Assembly: GCA_009602735.1 (NCBI GenBank)
Contig: WELA01003305.1
Coordinates: 199,752-221,114, forward strand
Source of the DNA: Mesotaenium endlicherianum
Lineage: Eukaryota
Reading direction: 5' to 3'
DNA: 21,363 nucleotides
Shown: one piece after another, positions 1-10,044 of the stretch
Layout of the letters: each line of letters opens with the position of its first letter
Position numbering within the stretch: position 1 is the stretch's first letter
Translations under genes and position numbers: made by a program
The notes under the pieces: model-generated
Database searches by the model: none
The model's input: the letters and a program-made list of their open reading frames with translations, nothing else
Told to the model about the DNA's origin: nothing

Positions 1-2
1 TG

Positions 3-1012
3 TCCAAGTGGATCGAGCTTGTGCCTTTGCCCAGCAAGGCCAGTGAGGGGATCGCTCAGGCCTTCCTTGATCAGGTCCTTAGCCGCTTCGGTGGCTGCGC
101 AGAAGTGCTGACCGACCAGGGCAAGGAGTTCCAGGGCTGCTTCCAGACGCTACTGGAGCGCTCTATGATCGACCACCGCACCACCTCCCGCGATCACCCA
201 CAGGCTGACGGCCTTGCAGAGCGCATGGTGCAGACCGTCAAGCTTGGGTTGTGGAAGTACTGTCTTGCCCACGACAGCACCCACTGGGACGACGCACTCC
301 CGTGGCTGGCCATGGGGTACAGGTTCAGAGAGCAGGCCTCATTGGCCTCGCATTCTCCCTACTTCCTCCTCTACGGCCGCCAGCCAGTCCTACCCGCAGC
401 AGCCAGGATCGTGGCCAAGAACGTCGTGGACTTGGACAGTCCCGAGACGTGGAGCGCTCTTATCGGGCAGCGTGCTCAGCTCTTTCAGCGCCTGATGCCC
501 ATGGCCATGGATAAGCTCGGCATTGCACAGCATCGCAATACGCTAAGGTATGCCATGACTCGTGGAGGAGCCTATCGTCCTCGGGTGTTGCAATTTTCCG
601 CAGGTGACTTTGTGTACCTGCGACGCCAGACGAAGAACACCCTCGACACCAGCAGCTCGCCAGTCGTCCTGCGCGTCAAGCGCGTCTTACCCACAGGTGT
701 GCTGGAGCTGGAAGGCGCAAATGGCCGTCTTCACAAGGACCACACGAAGAACTGTGTGGACCATGCCATCTTCCAAACCTTGACTCGCAGGTCCGTCCCC
801 ACAACGCGCGGCCGCCCAAGGACTGGGCGTGCCAGATCTGCCACAGCCCTGGCCAGGAGGCCAATATGCTGCTCTGCGACAGCTGCAACCTCGGCTTCCA
901 CATCAGCTGCCTCGACCCTCCGCTGGCCCGCGTGCCCGCAGGAGACTGGTTTTGCTATGGCTGCTCTGAGTTGGCCTTAGGCAGCAATCACAGCTCATCA
1001 GCTAGAGGCTGA
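3..1012 (+). pseudogene. Gypsy integrase C-terminal part plus PHD finger, frameshift near 755-760
   Basis: SKWIELVPL, TDQGKEF, HPQADGLAERMVQT (DDE core). After the shift the frame reads PCHLPNLD...CQICHSPGQEANMLLCDSCNLGFHISCLDPPLARVPAGDWFCYGC (C4HC3 PHD, 830-964), with stop TGA at 1010-1012. Confidence 0.9.
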
Positions 1013-1025
1013 GAGCTGGGGGGGG
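1013..1025 (+). promoter_or_regulatory. Putative polypurine tract of element A
   Basis: GAGCTGGGGGGGG directly after the integrase stop and directly before the first repeat copy. Confidence 0.6.
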
Positions 1026-1163
1026 AATTAAAACATTTGACGCTTGACTCCCTTTTTGGCCTATAAAGCCATTTGTATTATAGACTTCATTGCAGCAAAG
1101 CCTGCTTGTCCATTGTGTGTTGCTTATGTCGACAATGCGCGCCCGATCTCTTAACGCACGACA
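1026..1163 (+). repeat. Terminal repeat B1 of element A (138 bp)
   Basis: Direct repeat of 2174-2311 with about 7 mismatches. Starts AATTAAAAC and ends GCACGACA. Confidence 0.92.
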
Positions 1164-1165
1164 GC

Positions 1166-2173
1166 TGTCATGATTTATTGAGTCGAGGTTGTCGCACAAA
1201 GCCGAGCTCCACATGTGTGAACCATCAACCTAGGAAGGCCGACTTTGCATAGACTTTACGCATCCATACGTTGACCTTTTCTCAATTTCCAAGTCATTAA
1301 AGTGTACGCGTCGAGTCACCTTCCGAATGGCACCGGGTTCGCGTCATTTGGTCAAGTATCGAGCGAGATATGAGCGATCTAGTCCGCGTCACCTATCGGC
1401 CCCTAGCGGATCCTCACCAAAGGGCAATTTGTGTTTCAATGTGCCCAAGGGACACATTCTTGCCTATTCGTGACCCCCTAAAACCCCCAGCTTGTGCGCA
1501 CAAATCCGCGAGCTCCTAGAGCACACATACCTTGCATTTCCATAGTATAAGTGCATCATTGAGGCTATAACTAGGTGACTGCATCAACTACGCCTAGAGG
1601 AAGCTTCCTCAAATTTTCGATCTTCGTTTGAGGTGCTATCTAGGTAGAATCACCCAAGGTAAGCTCCACCAATGAGAGACACATAGCATATTCTACATGC
1701 CTTGCTTTGATTGGATTGAGTTATGCTTAGCCTATAGGAGTGCTAGTACATGCCTTGTACACATTAGTGGACATAGAGAGCCTCCTAGAGGGACTAGATG
1801 CATTGGACTCGCCGCAGACCCCGGCGGATTTCCAGGAGTATAAGTACCAGAGATGTCCCTAGAGAGACATCTTTTTAGAAGTCCATTATGCCAGATGTAA
1901 GTAACAGAGATTATCAGTAAAGCTTACACCTTTATCTCTAGTGTGTTTTCAGGACCTCTTAGTTACTCTCTTGTGAAGAGCAAGCCCTCCTGGCTTCCAG
2001 TCACTTGAAGAACTTCACAAGTGGTGAGCAAAATCACAGCTTAAATCCTTGCATGGAACCACTTTTGAAGATCATGATGTGCTTCTAGTGATATTTTGGG
2101 CCATACTTCATTAGTTGTTTTCTTACCAGTTTTACAATTTTGAGGTGCCCACTCTGGAGAGTACACACTCCTT
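1166..2173 (+). repeat. Putative A segment (copy of the element's 5' terminal region) between B1 and B2
   Basis: Starts TGTCATGATTTATTG...TGTCGCAC, resembling the 5' terminus of element B (TGTCGCGACTATTATCC...TGTCGCAC). Non-coding, with TATAAG at 1839 and AGTAAA at 1916. Confidence 0.6.
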
Positions 2174-2311
2174 AATTAAAACATTTGACGCTTGACTCCC
2201 TTTTTGGCCTTTAAAGCCATTTGTATTATAGACTTCATTGCAGCAAAGCCTGCTTGTCTATTGTGTGTTGCTTATGCCAACAATGCGCACGTGATCTCTT
2301 AACGCACGACA
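2174..2311 (+). repeat. Terminal repeat B2 of element A (element 3' end)
   Basis: Direct repeat of 1026-1163. Its final CA abuts the interrupted RT gene. Confidence 0.92.
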
Positions 2312-2469
2312 GTGGTTCTACAAATCTCCTCCTTAGTAAAAGCAAACATCTTGCGGTGTTTCTTCAGCAACCTTTCTACTTGTGCTCTCTGCTGGGCTGA
2401 GACCATTTTTCCAATGGCAAAAGTCTCAGTTTCAGGTTGCTTCTCCCCAGCAAAGGCATCCAGTAGTTG
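2312..2469 (-). pseudogene. N-terminal stub of RT-RH-IN frame, copy 1
   Basis: QLLDAFAGEKQPETETFAIGKMVSAQQRAQVERLLKKHRKMFAFTKEEI, matching the start of the 1010-aa ORF of copy 2. Confidence 0.88.
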
Positions 2470-2472
2470 CTA
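2464..2472 (-). promoter_or_regulatory. Putative stop-codon readthrough signal UAG-CAA-CUA, copy 1
   Basis: In-frame TAG followed by CAACTA (CARYYA consensus). Identical in copy 2. Confidence 0.7.
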
Positions 2473-4323
2473 TTCCTTGGGTGCAGGTTGGGGCTTTTTG
2501 CCCTCATCCTGGCCCTCAGGCTTTTTTGCCTGATTCTGGCTCTCAGGCTTTTCTGCCTGATTCTTAGGAGGTGGGGTAGCAGGCTTTGCAGCTTGCTCCT
2601 CCGTTGCCAAAGGCTTTGCAGCCTGTTTCCTAGGCTTTTTGCCTTTCCTAATGACGCGTCGCCTCTCCTGCGGTGAGGTGTACGTCAGGCGCCTCCGGAT
2701 GGGTTGCCTCAGGAACATTTCCTCGTCGACTGCAGTCCAACTGGTCCCGGTTCCTCCTTCTTCACGTGGCCGAGGTTGGTTTGCCATTGGCCAACTTGCA
2801 AGATCTGTCCTAGGGCTGATTACCCAGCCCCACTCTTGCTCAATATTAGCCATGCGGGCGACGGTCGTGCCATACTCCTCCCTTGCGGGTGGTGTGACCG
2901 TCCATGCCTGCGTCAACGTTTGCGGCCTTTGAGGTGCCGCTAGTTGTGCGAGGAAAACATCATCTGCTGCGGTCAAGCGGCTGATGGTGTTCCCCAGATC
3001 CATCAGTTCCCATTCTGGGATTGCAGGTGTCATGGGAGCAGGTGCCTCCGACCTCTGCATCCTAAGATTTGATAGTTGCAACAAGGGCGTGTTCATGCCT
3101 GGCGGCACACTCATGCCCAGTGCCATTGCCCTGCGGATCAAGCCGTCCTCTCCCTCTCTCTGCAGAATATCCCGCAGAGGTGGAGGAGGTGGGGCTGTGG
3201 TTCCTCGCGGAACGCCCTCTCTCTGAGCCTTCCCCTTATGCTTGAAATATCGCTTTAGCATCCTCCTAAAAGATGCGTTACTCTCATGGGCCACCTACCT
3301 TGGTTTGCTTGCGCGACCCTCGGGCTTACCTTGCGCTGCCTCCACTTTAGCAGTGCAGGCAGTCACCTCCTGCCGTTGTGGCGATCGTGCGGTTGACTTG
3401 GGCTCTGCCACTGGAAGACTGGCAATAGGGGTACTGGATGTTGGTGACCTTAATTCTTCATAAATGTCTGCCGAGCTTGGCCCCATTAGGTGGTCAGCTA
3501 CCCAGTGGTCTGTCCTCAAAACCTGTAAGTCAAGCAGATTCAACTCTGGCGTGGGAAAACGTGGAATTTCTTCCCTGGCTTCCTCTCCATTGATGAGTGA
3601 TGGCAACTCAAACTCTGAGAGGCCTTGCATCTCTGCATCCTCTCCCACCTCCGGCTTCTCTGTTCCAGGAGGCGGCGATTCTTCATCCCCTCCTGTGTTG
3701 AGCCTCGCCATGTTGATGATGGCTGACTGTAGAGCGCGAGCTAATTTCGCCACTTTCTCTTCCTTGAGTCGAGGGGCGTCTGCTTCCAGCAACTGCTCCA
3801 TGATTTGCCTGGTGATCGACTCAGCTGTGCTCCCAACTGTGTCTTGTGGTTGCCCTTTGGCCTCTAGCTCTGGGCTCATCAGAACAAGTGTGGCGGGCAA
3901 TGTCTCGATCGTCTTCTTCCTGCGTTCTTCAAAATCACCTCCGGGCATGGTCTTCCCAGACCCTCCAGAATTTCTTGAATTCTGACTGCATTCTTTGGCC
4001 CATTCGCCAATATTGCACTGCCGTTCTTCATATCTTGATGTTACCGCTTCTGGGGATGGGCTCCCAAAGACCTGGTCTGGGGCCATGTTTCGTAACTCAG
4101 AACTGGTATAATCTTCCCATTCCGGCATCCTCCCAACTACCTGGCTGGAGCGTTTTGCAGATGCTGGGACCTCCTGTGATTTGCTTGCTGCAGCGCTCGC
4201 GAAAGGGTTTGCTTCACCAATTGCCTGGTCTTCCATGGCTACGTCTTCCCGCAGCCTTTGCAACTTTCTTTCCAGAGGGTCGTGTAGAGCCGTCATCCGA
4301 TTGTCAATTTGTGCCAGTAGGTC
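2470..4323 (-). pseudogene. Low-complexity P/E/S/K-rich polyprotein linker of unknown function, copy 1
   Basis: ORFs 3295-4296 and 2470-3294 are in one frame, split by TAG where copy 2 has AAG. They are also in frame with 4324-5154. Confidence 0.75.
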
Positions 4324-5615
4324 TTAACACCTGGTCAGCTCAACCACTCTGGTTTCTCTGAGTGCTTCACCTTGGTCAGCCTCAGCTGCGTCCCTTTCAA
4401 CACCATATTCTTCTTGTTGCTGATGCGCTTCCTTGATAGCTCTCTGATCAGAGATTGGCACCACATGGACTCCAATCGTTACTGGTCTCGGCCTGGGCAT
4501 AGGCTTGTCAAAGATTGTCATCTGCTGCCAAGTCATAATCGTCTCCAGCAACCACGTCATGGAGTGATGCCCAATCATATTGCCGAATATCTTCCCAGCG
4601 TCGTCCTGTCCCACCATCGCAACGATTTCTTGTGCAATGGAGTTGGGTACCCCCAGGCACCTTCCCTTCCCTTCAGCTGTCGGCTCTCTCCACTGAGCTT
4701 CTCTGTCGTGCGCATTCTTCACCATACTTGGTCCTCCATTCACGAATGCGCGTGATCCTGGGTATGCTGTGAAGGTGGGCAGCACCACCTTTGGCAGGCC
4801 TGGCTCGTTGACGACGTACTGTGGGTAGGAATCCCTCCTGATCACTGGCTTGGTTTCCACCAACAGTGCTTCTCCCACAGATACTGCCGTTGGTGTGCGC
4901 CGCGTAATCTCCTCCATCTCCCTCAGGATTTCAATGGACATGCCGTTGGTCCAGAATAGTCTGGCCTGGTGTGAGAGTCCTCCGTGCCTGGCGTCGTTGA
5001 TCAATACATGATGACCCAGGGTGGAGTCAAAGACCAGCCATGGATCTCCTTGCTTCATCTGGTTGTAATTCATCCCTGGATGTACATTCTCAATCACAAA
5101 CACTGGTGGGTAGAGATGCTGGCGTTCCCGCGGCATACCGATGATTTCCACCAACCATCCTCAGTGTTGTGCTCCCCGGGTCATTGAATCCCCTCCTGTT
5201 CCCAGTTTGCGAGAAAGGTTGACAAGGAATCCCGCAAAAAATCCAGTCAATCCTATAACCATACAAGTCCTCAGACTTCACATCGAGAATGTTTCCTCCA
5301 GCAAGACGCACCAAACTAGTAGGCACCAACGCCTTGAAATGGTACATTTGCCGCATCTGACTCTTGACCTCCTTAAATGCTGAAAGCACTCTCATCATTG
5401 TCCACATACAGCACTTTTGGTACCTGGATACCCTGCTGAATCAGTGAGATGGTTCCAGAACCAAGTCCGGCAAACAACTCCAGCACTACTACTCCTCTCC
5501 TGCGAAAAGGATCTTCCATCCTCACAATGCCTTGCGGCAGCGGGTCTACTCCATGCATCAAATTGGCAGTAGACTTAACTGCATAAGGAACTTGGCAGCA
5601 GCTCTTGCGGGCCAC
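4324..5615 (-). pseudogene. C5 cytosine DNA methyltransferase domain, frameshifted, copy 1
   Basis: ELFAGLG (I), GIPCQPFS (IV), IENV (VI), HQARLFW (VIII) and FGNM (X) are spread over three frames. Confidence 0.88.
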
Positions 5616-6657
5616 GGTCCCTGTTACTCACAGCCTCTAGTTGCTCCATAATCCAAGGTTGCCAAACCAAGGGAGTCGGCATGTTGATGCTGGTGTAGAT
5701 CTTCTCTTCGTGTTGCATGATGAGGTCATAATGGTCTGGATACTGGTCATTCACACAGCAGTCTAGCAGTCCGTAGTTTGCTTCTCCTGAGCAAACCATT
5801 TTTACAGGAATTTCTCCTGTCGGCTGCCGATCTGTCGACTGGTAAGTCACCCTCTGCTTCCGCAGGTCGATGACCATACCCAGGGGAATCAGGGCTTCTG
5901 TCCCCAAGAGAACATCATAGTTCTCTGCCTCTGTCACCGTGCATTTTATGGGCAGTGACGCCTCCTCAGGTTTCCCCAAGTTTATTGTGATTTTCACAGG
6001 CTTGCGGGTGATTCCACAAGACTTTAAAATCTGCCCAGATGCAGTCCTCAACTGAAAAGAAATTTCTTTCAGGTCCCTTGCCGTCAATCCCAGAGCTTTC
6101 ACAGCTCGCTTTCCCAAGATTACTGGCTGTGCGCCATTGTCCAATAGGATATTGGGAGCGGCCCAGTTGTTAAACGTCAAAACTCTATCCTTGTTCTGCA
6201 CTCTCACAGTGCTGAAATTAGTAGGCAGCGAAGCGCTGTTCGCGCCTTCCTCAGCATGGTCCAGCTGCTGTCCGGCTTCTTCAACCGTGAAAGGATACGT
6301 AAGACGCAGATCAACGAGTGAAAGACAAGGAATATGCTGAATCCGGTGTTCCACCAGAGCCTTCAGCTTCTCCAGCGAAAAACTAAATGTCTTGCGTGGC
6401 TCAGGCTTGGCTTGTCGTAGCTGCGCAATCTCGTTCTCATCGAGAGTGATCCAAAAGGTCTGAGGAAGCTTCTCAGCATTCCTTGGAACCAGACGGTCAT
6501 GATCTGCGCGCTCCGCAGCCGTTGCAGCCACGGCCTTCTCAGACGTCAGCTTCTCACCTTTGCAGACGGTCTTTTCGGCCACATCTGCATCATAATAGAC
6601 ATTAGGCACATTTAGTCTTGCAAATTGAGCTTTCAACTCTGCAATCTCTGCACTCAT
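5575..6657 (-). pseudogene. Retropepsin aspartic protease region, copy 1
   Basis: ILLDNGAQ (DTG in copy 2) and DVLLGTEAL. Confidence 0.85.
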
Positions 6658-8299
6658 AGCATCATACTTCTGGTTACCCTTTGGGTTACCAAATTTATCT
6701 TTTCCTTTTTCTTACCCTTATCTGCCTCTTTCGTGGCAGCATTAGCCCATGGTGGCTTCAGATTTGGGTTCTTGGACCAACACTCATCTTCTGAGTGTCC
6801 CTTTTTGCTGCAATGTGCGCATACCTGCGCCTTGCTAGCAGACAATTGCTTAGCATCCGGGTACGGACAATCTCTCTTTTGATGTCCCGATTTCCCGCAA
6901 TTCCAAGAGCCCTCTTCTGTCTCAGCAGTGTTGGCGTGCTTAGCAAACCTATTGAAAGACCCGCTCTTTTTCTTAAACTGAAAATTAGAGCTATTGGCCT
7001 TAGGCTGAAAGGATTCCTCCTTTCTCTCAGGAGCCATAAGCGTCCTGGAAGCCTCCTTGTACCAGACTTTACCTTCCTCGACATTGCGTGCTATTTCAGC
7101 AGACTCGTTGATGTTCCAATCGATTCCGCGTTTTGCAGATAGGTGCGGCCTGACCTCCCGATCTGTGTCTTTACCCAAACACAATAAGAATTTGTCAGCC
7201 ACAATCCTAGGCTCATAGATTCCTGCCTTCTTGGCAAGGTCTACCAATTTGGATTTGACCTCCATCACTGTCTCGTTCTTCTGACGGACAAAATGCACAT
7301 AGCGGTGCACCTTAAGACTGCGATCCTCTGGGAATTTTGCTTCAAGCAACTTAAAGAAACGACGCAGACAGTGCTCAGAGTCTAACTGGTCATCCCCAGC
7401 CTCCATATCCCTACGGCAACTAGCCAATGCTTGCGCATGGCTTGCTTTNCGCATGGCTTGCTTCGTGGTGGCACTATCACCATGCTACCCTGTAAAAGGT
7501 GCAGCCCTACGTGTTACTTATTCGTGAGCATTAGCAATCTTTTCAGACAATTCTGCACACACTTTACGCAATTCTGCGACAGACCCAGCATCATCATCTC
7601 GAGTAGCCGCTCGCTGCTGACCCTCGGTGAGTTGCTTCATGGCATCTGTTAATTCTTGTGTTAGTGCAGCTAAGTCTATGCTCTCAACAGGTGCAGCAGG
7701 TATCGCTCTTCCTGATGACAAAGCGGACAGGCGGGCTTTCGCAGCCTCTTTCTGAATTTTAATATCCCTCGCCTTCTTTTGCTCGTCAAACGCCCATTCC
7801 TGGGTAAGGTTCTCATCCTTCTGGAATTGGCCATAAAGCAACAAGGCATCCTTGTCCAAGTACTGAACCAAGCTTATAAAGCGAAAGACTGAGTGTAAGA
7901 AGAATCCTTTTGGATTCTCTCAAAGAAGTCAGCCCAATAGATCTCATCAAACTCTTCGAAAGTGAGACTATTTCCACCGGTTCGTCCACTAAAACACTTT
8001 GTAGACAGCTTGAACTTAGGATTTTCATCCTTATCATCACCAGTCATTTCGAACGGTGACCAAGACTCACTATCTTTACCCCACACGTCGTGCTCTCTGC
8101 CCAAATTGGGTACAAAGGCTTGCGCGTTATACGGATTCTCACCGTTCGTGGCAGTATGGCAAGACTCGTCTCCGGACGGTTGCTCACTCCACAGGTTATC
8201 CGTGCGCTCTGATGTCTCACTTCCTCGTGGACTCTGGCTTGAATCAGAACCTTCCGCAGGCTCCACAGGGTAGTAGAGTCTTCCACTCCTCAACCGCAT
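6654..8299 (-). pseudogene. gag: Gag with zinc knuckles, frameshifted, copy 1
   Basis: MRLRSGRLY start and CAHCSKKGHSEDEC knuckle. The first knuckle has C-to-S. The frame is broken near 7875, 7518 and 7449. Confidence 0.82.
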
Positions 8300-8908
8300 G
8301 TACAGTTGAATTTCTCCGGATCCCCTTCCAGGTTGAGCACCGGCAGCCCTCACAGGCCTCAATCCCCAATTTGCTTGGGAATTTCTATTCACCTGAATTA
8401 CAGAACCGAGGTTCTCAGAAGTAGGATGGAAGTCTCTTACTTCCACATAGGCTTTATGCCTTAAGGTTCTTGGGTTCACAGGCGAGCAAATTGTAGTTTG
8501 CAAAACACTCTAAGCAGCTTGACATACAACGTCAGATTCAGAGAAAATCGCCCTTCAGGCTTTCGCTTAACTTTCACAAAGTCACAGCTTACAAAACTCT
8601 GAAACTACACGTCTATGCTGGCCTGGGTCAAGCTCTTCACTTAACACCGCGCCTTAACAGTTCTTCACTGCCAGGCTAGGCTCACTCATTTCTTCACTGA
8701 GAGCCTTATCTGCCAATACTACCCTCTCTCTTCGAGATGCGAATGCGACTTCTAAGAACCTGGAAACTAACACACAACTCATCATTTTAAGGCTGCTTCA
8801 CACACACTTGTGGCGTTCGGCCAAATCTGTGCTAATCTCCTAGCAGATTCTATTCTGCAGTTTTCCTACTTTCAACAGTGAGATTCCCTTTTGGGAACTC
8901 CTACAATC

Positions 8909-9127
8909 CTAACTTATCTTCGATACACTAAGAAGAATCTTCAGCGTCGGCAGAAGCGTGGGGCCTCGGCTCTCCAATGGCCTTGGGAACTCCTTCTTCT
9001 TCTTCGCGCCCTTCTTCTCCTTCCTTCTGCTCTTTCTGCTCCTTCTGCTTCTTGGCAAAAGTGCGTGAGAGTGAATAACATGTCTCAGGCAAGATTCGTG
9101 CCTTCCGCAGGCACCACACAGCGTCAT
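8909..9127 (-). CDS. Possible small Cys/His- and Lys/Arg-rich upstream ORF, copy 1
   Basis: ATG start, CGACGRHESCLRH, basic tract. The frame is open in both copies. Confidence 0.25.
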   Translation of the reverse strand: MTLCGACGRHESCLRHVIHSHALLPRSRRSRKSRRKEKKGAKKKKEFPRPLESRGPTLLPTLKILLSVSKIS

Positions 9128-9723
9128 CTTTCGAGAATGGCGTGCTTAGTCACAAAGCTTAGCTTCATGTCGCTTCTTCCTAGCCATGCTCAACTCAAAC
9201 TCGTAGTCACTCGGCATGCATGCACACCTCGTGACTGTCGCTTCTCAGCTGGCAGTCACGCCTAATTGGCTCGTGGCTAAGAACTCCTGAGCGGCGTGTA
9301 CAAGCAAATGCCCCTTGCTCAAGATTCCCAACCGGGCGGCCGTAACCTATCTTGGCATTGCGGCCATGACCTGGCTTAATCTGCCAGTCACACAGTATCT
9401 GACTTGGTACCTGCTGGGCAACTCATCACTGATCCCCAACTTCTAGCCTCGCGGCTGTCTATGATGTCAAAACCTCCCCCATCCCTGGGTGTGGGGCACA
9501 TTGACATTGACCCCTTGCCAGTGGTCTTGACGCCGACATAACCACTGACTGCGACGTAATCAGTCAAGTGGTCGGTGAGTCAACGTTGACTTTCCGAACC
9601 TGGATGGCCGTAGCTTGCGCTGCGTGTGCGGCACCGTCAAACGGATAGTAGTCGCGACACCAATTCTATACCGTAGTATATACCTACCTCTATTATATTC
9701 TACCACATTAATTAATATATCTC

Positions 9724-9727
9724 ATCA
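9724..9727. repeat. 4-bp target site duplication ATCA (left)
   Basis: ATCA|TGTCGTG at 9724-9734 and CGCGACA|ATCA at 20288-20298. Confidence 0.75.
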
Positions 9728-10023
9728 TGTCGTGCCTAACAGTGTCGGTCCCTCGGCACGTGCGTAGCCTTCCAGCACGTGTGCCTTCGGCCTGGTTGAT
9801 GTGTCGGTGGCCCTCCTGACGTGTGGCAGACATGGTCGATCGACCTTTGCACGTGTGTTGGTGACAAGCCTTACCAGGGTTAACCCATCCCTGGGTTCCT
9901 GAACTTGCACCATGCAGCCTTGACCAACACTCAGGGTGACGTTCTCTGTCACCCGGCTCTCACCATCTGCTTATCCTAAGACTTTAGCAGAAAATTTTAA
10001 AAAATACTTGCCTTGCCTTAATT

Positions 10024-10044
10024 CCTCTTACACCCTTCCCTTTC
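10024..10044 (-). promoter_or_regulatory. Putative polypurine tract of element B
   Basis: Minus strand GAAAGGGAAGGGTGTAAGAGG, overlapping the integrase stop and followed by AATTAA as in element A. Confidence 0.6.

Larger units (their letters stand above)
1..2311 (+). mobile_element. 3' part of Ty3/Gypsy-type retroelement A (integrase-PHD, PPT, split terminal repeats), nested in element B copy 1
   Basis: Integrase ORF homologous to element B integrase. Ends in ...GCACGACA at 2311, followed immediately by element B RT sequence (GTGGTTC..., matching 12981 onward). Confidence 0.85.
2312..9659 (-). mobile_element. DNMT-carrying Gypsy-type element B, copy 1 (degenerate; interrupted in RT by element A)
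   Basis: Colinear with 12981-20294 at roughly 90% identity by eye. Homology stops exactly at ...GTCGCGACA (9659 and 20294). Confidence 0.92.

Noticed and set aside
760..980. C-terminal tail of the 319-aa ORF as listed in the track
   Set aside because: Out-of-frame read-through of a frameshift. The true frame encodes the PHD finger and ends at 1012.
7434..7463. 14-bp duplication CGCATGGCTTGCTT around an N at 7449
   Set aside because: Absent from copy 2 and centred on an ambiguous base. Most likely a contig-join artefact.
8500..9659. Copy 1 leader acting as the 3' LTR of copy 2 (LTR-internal-LTR reading)
   Set aside because: Homology continues through gag to RT, no PPT abuts 9659, and copy 2 has its own terminus and TSD at 9728.
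9884..9896. 13-bp match CCCATCCCTGGGT with 9478-9490 as a minimal R region
   Set aside because: Short, and mismatched in copy 2's own leader (20114-20126). Cannot be distinguished from chance.
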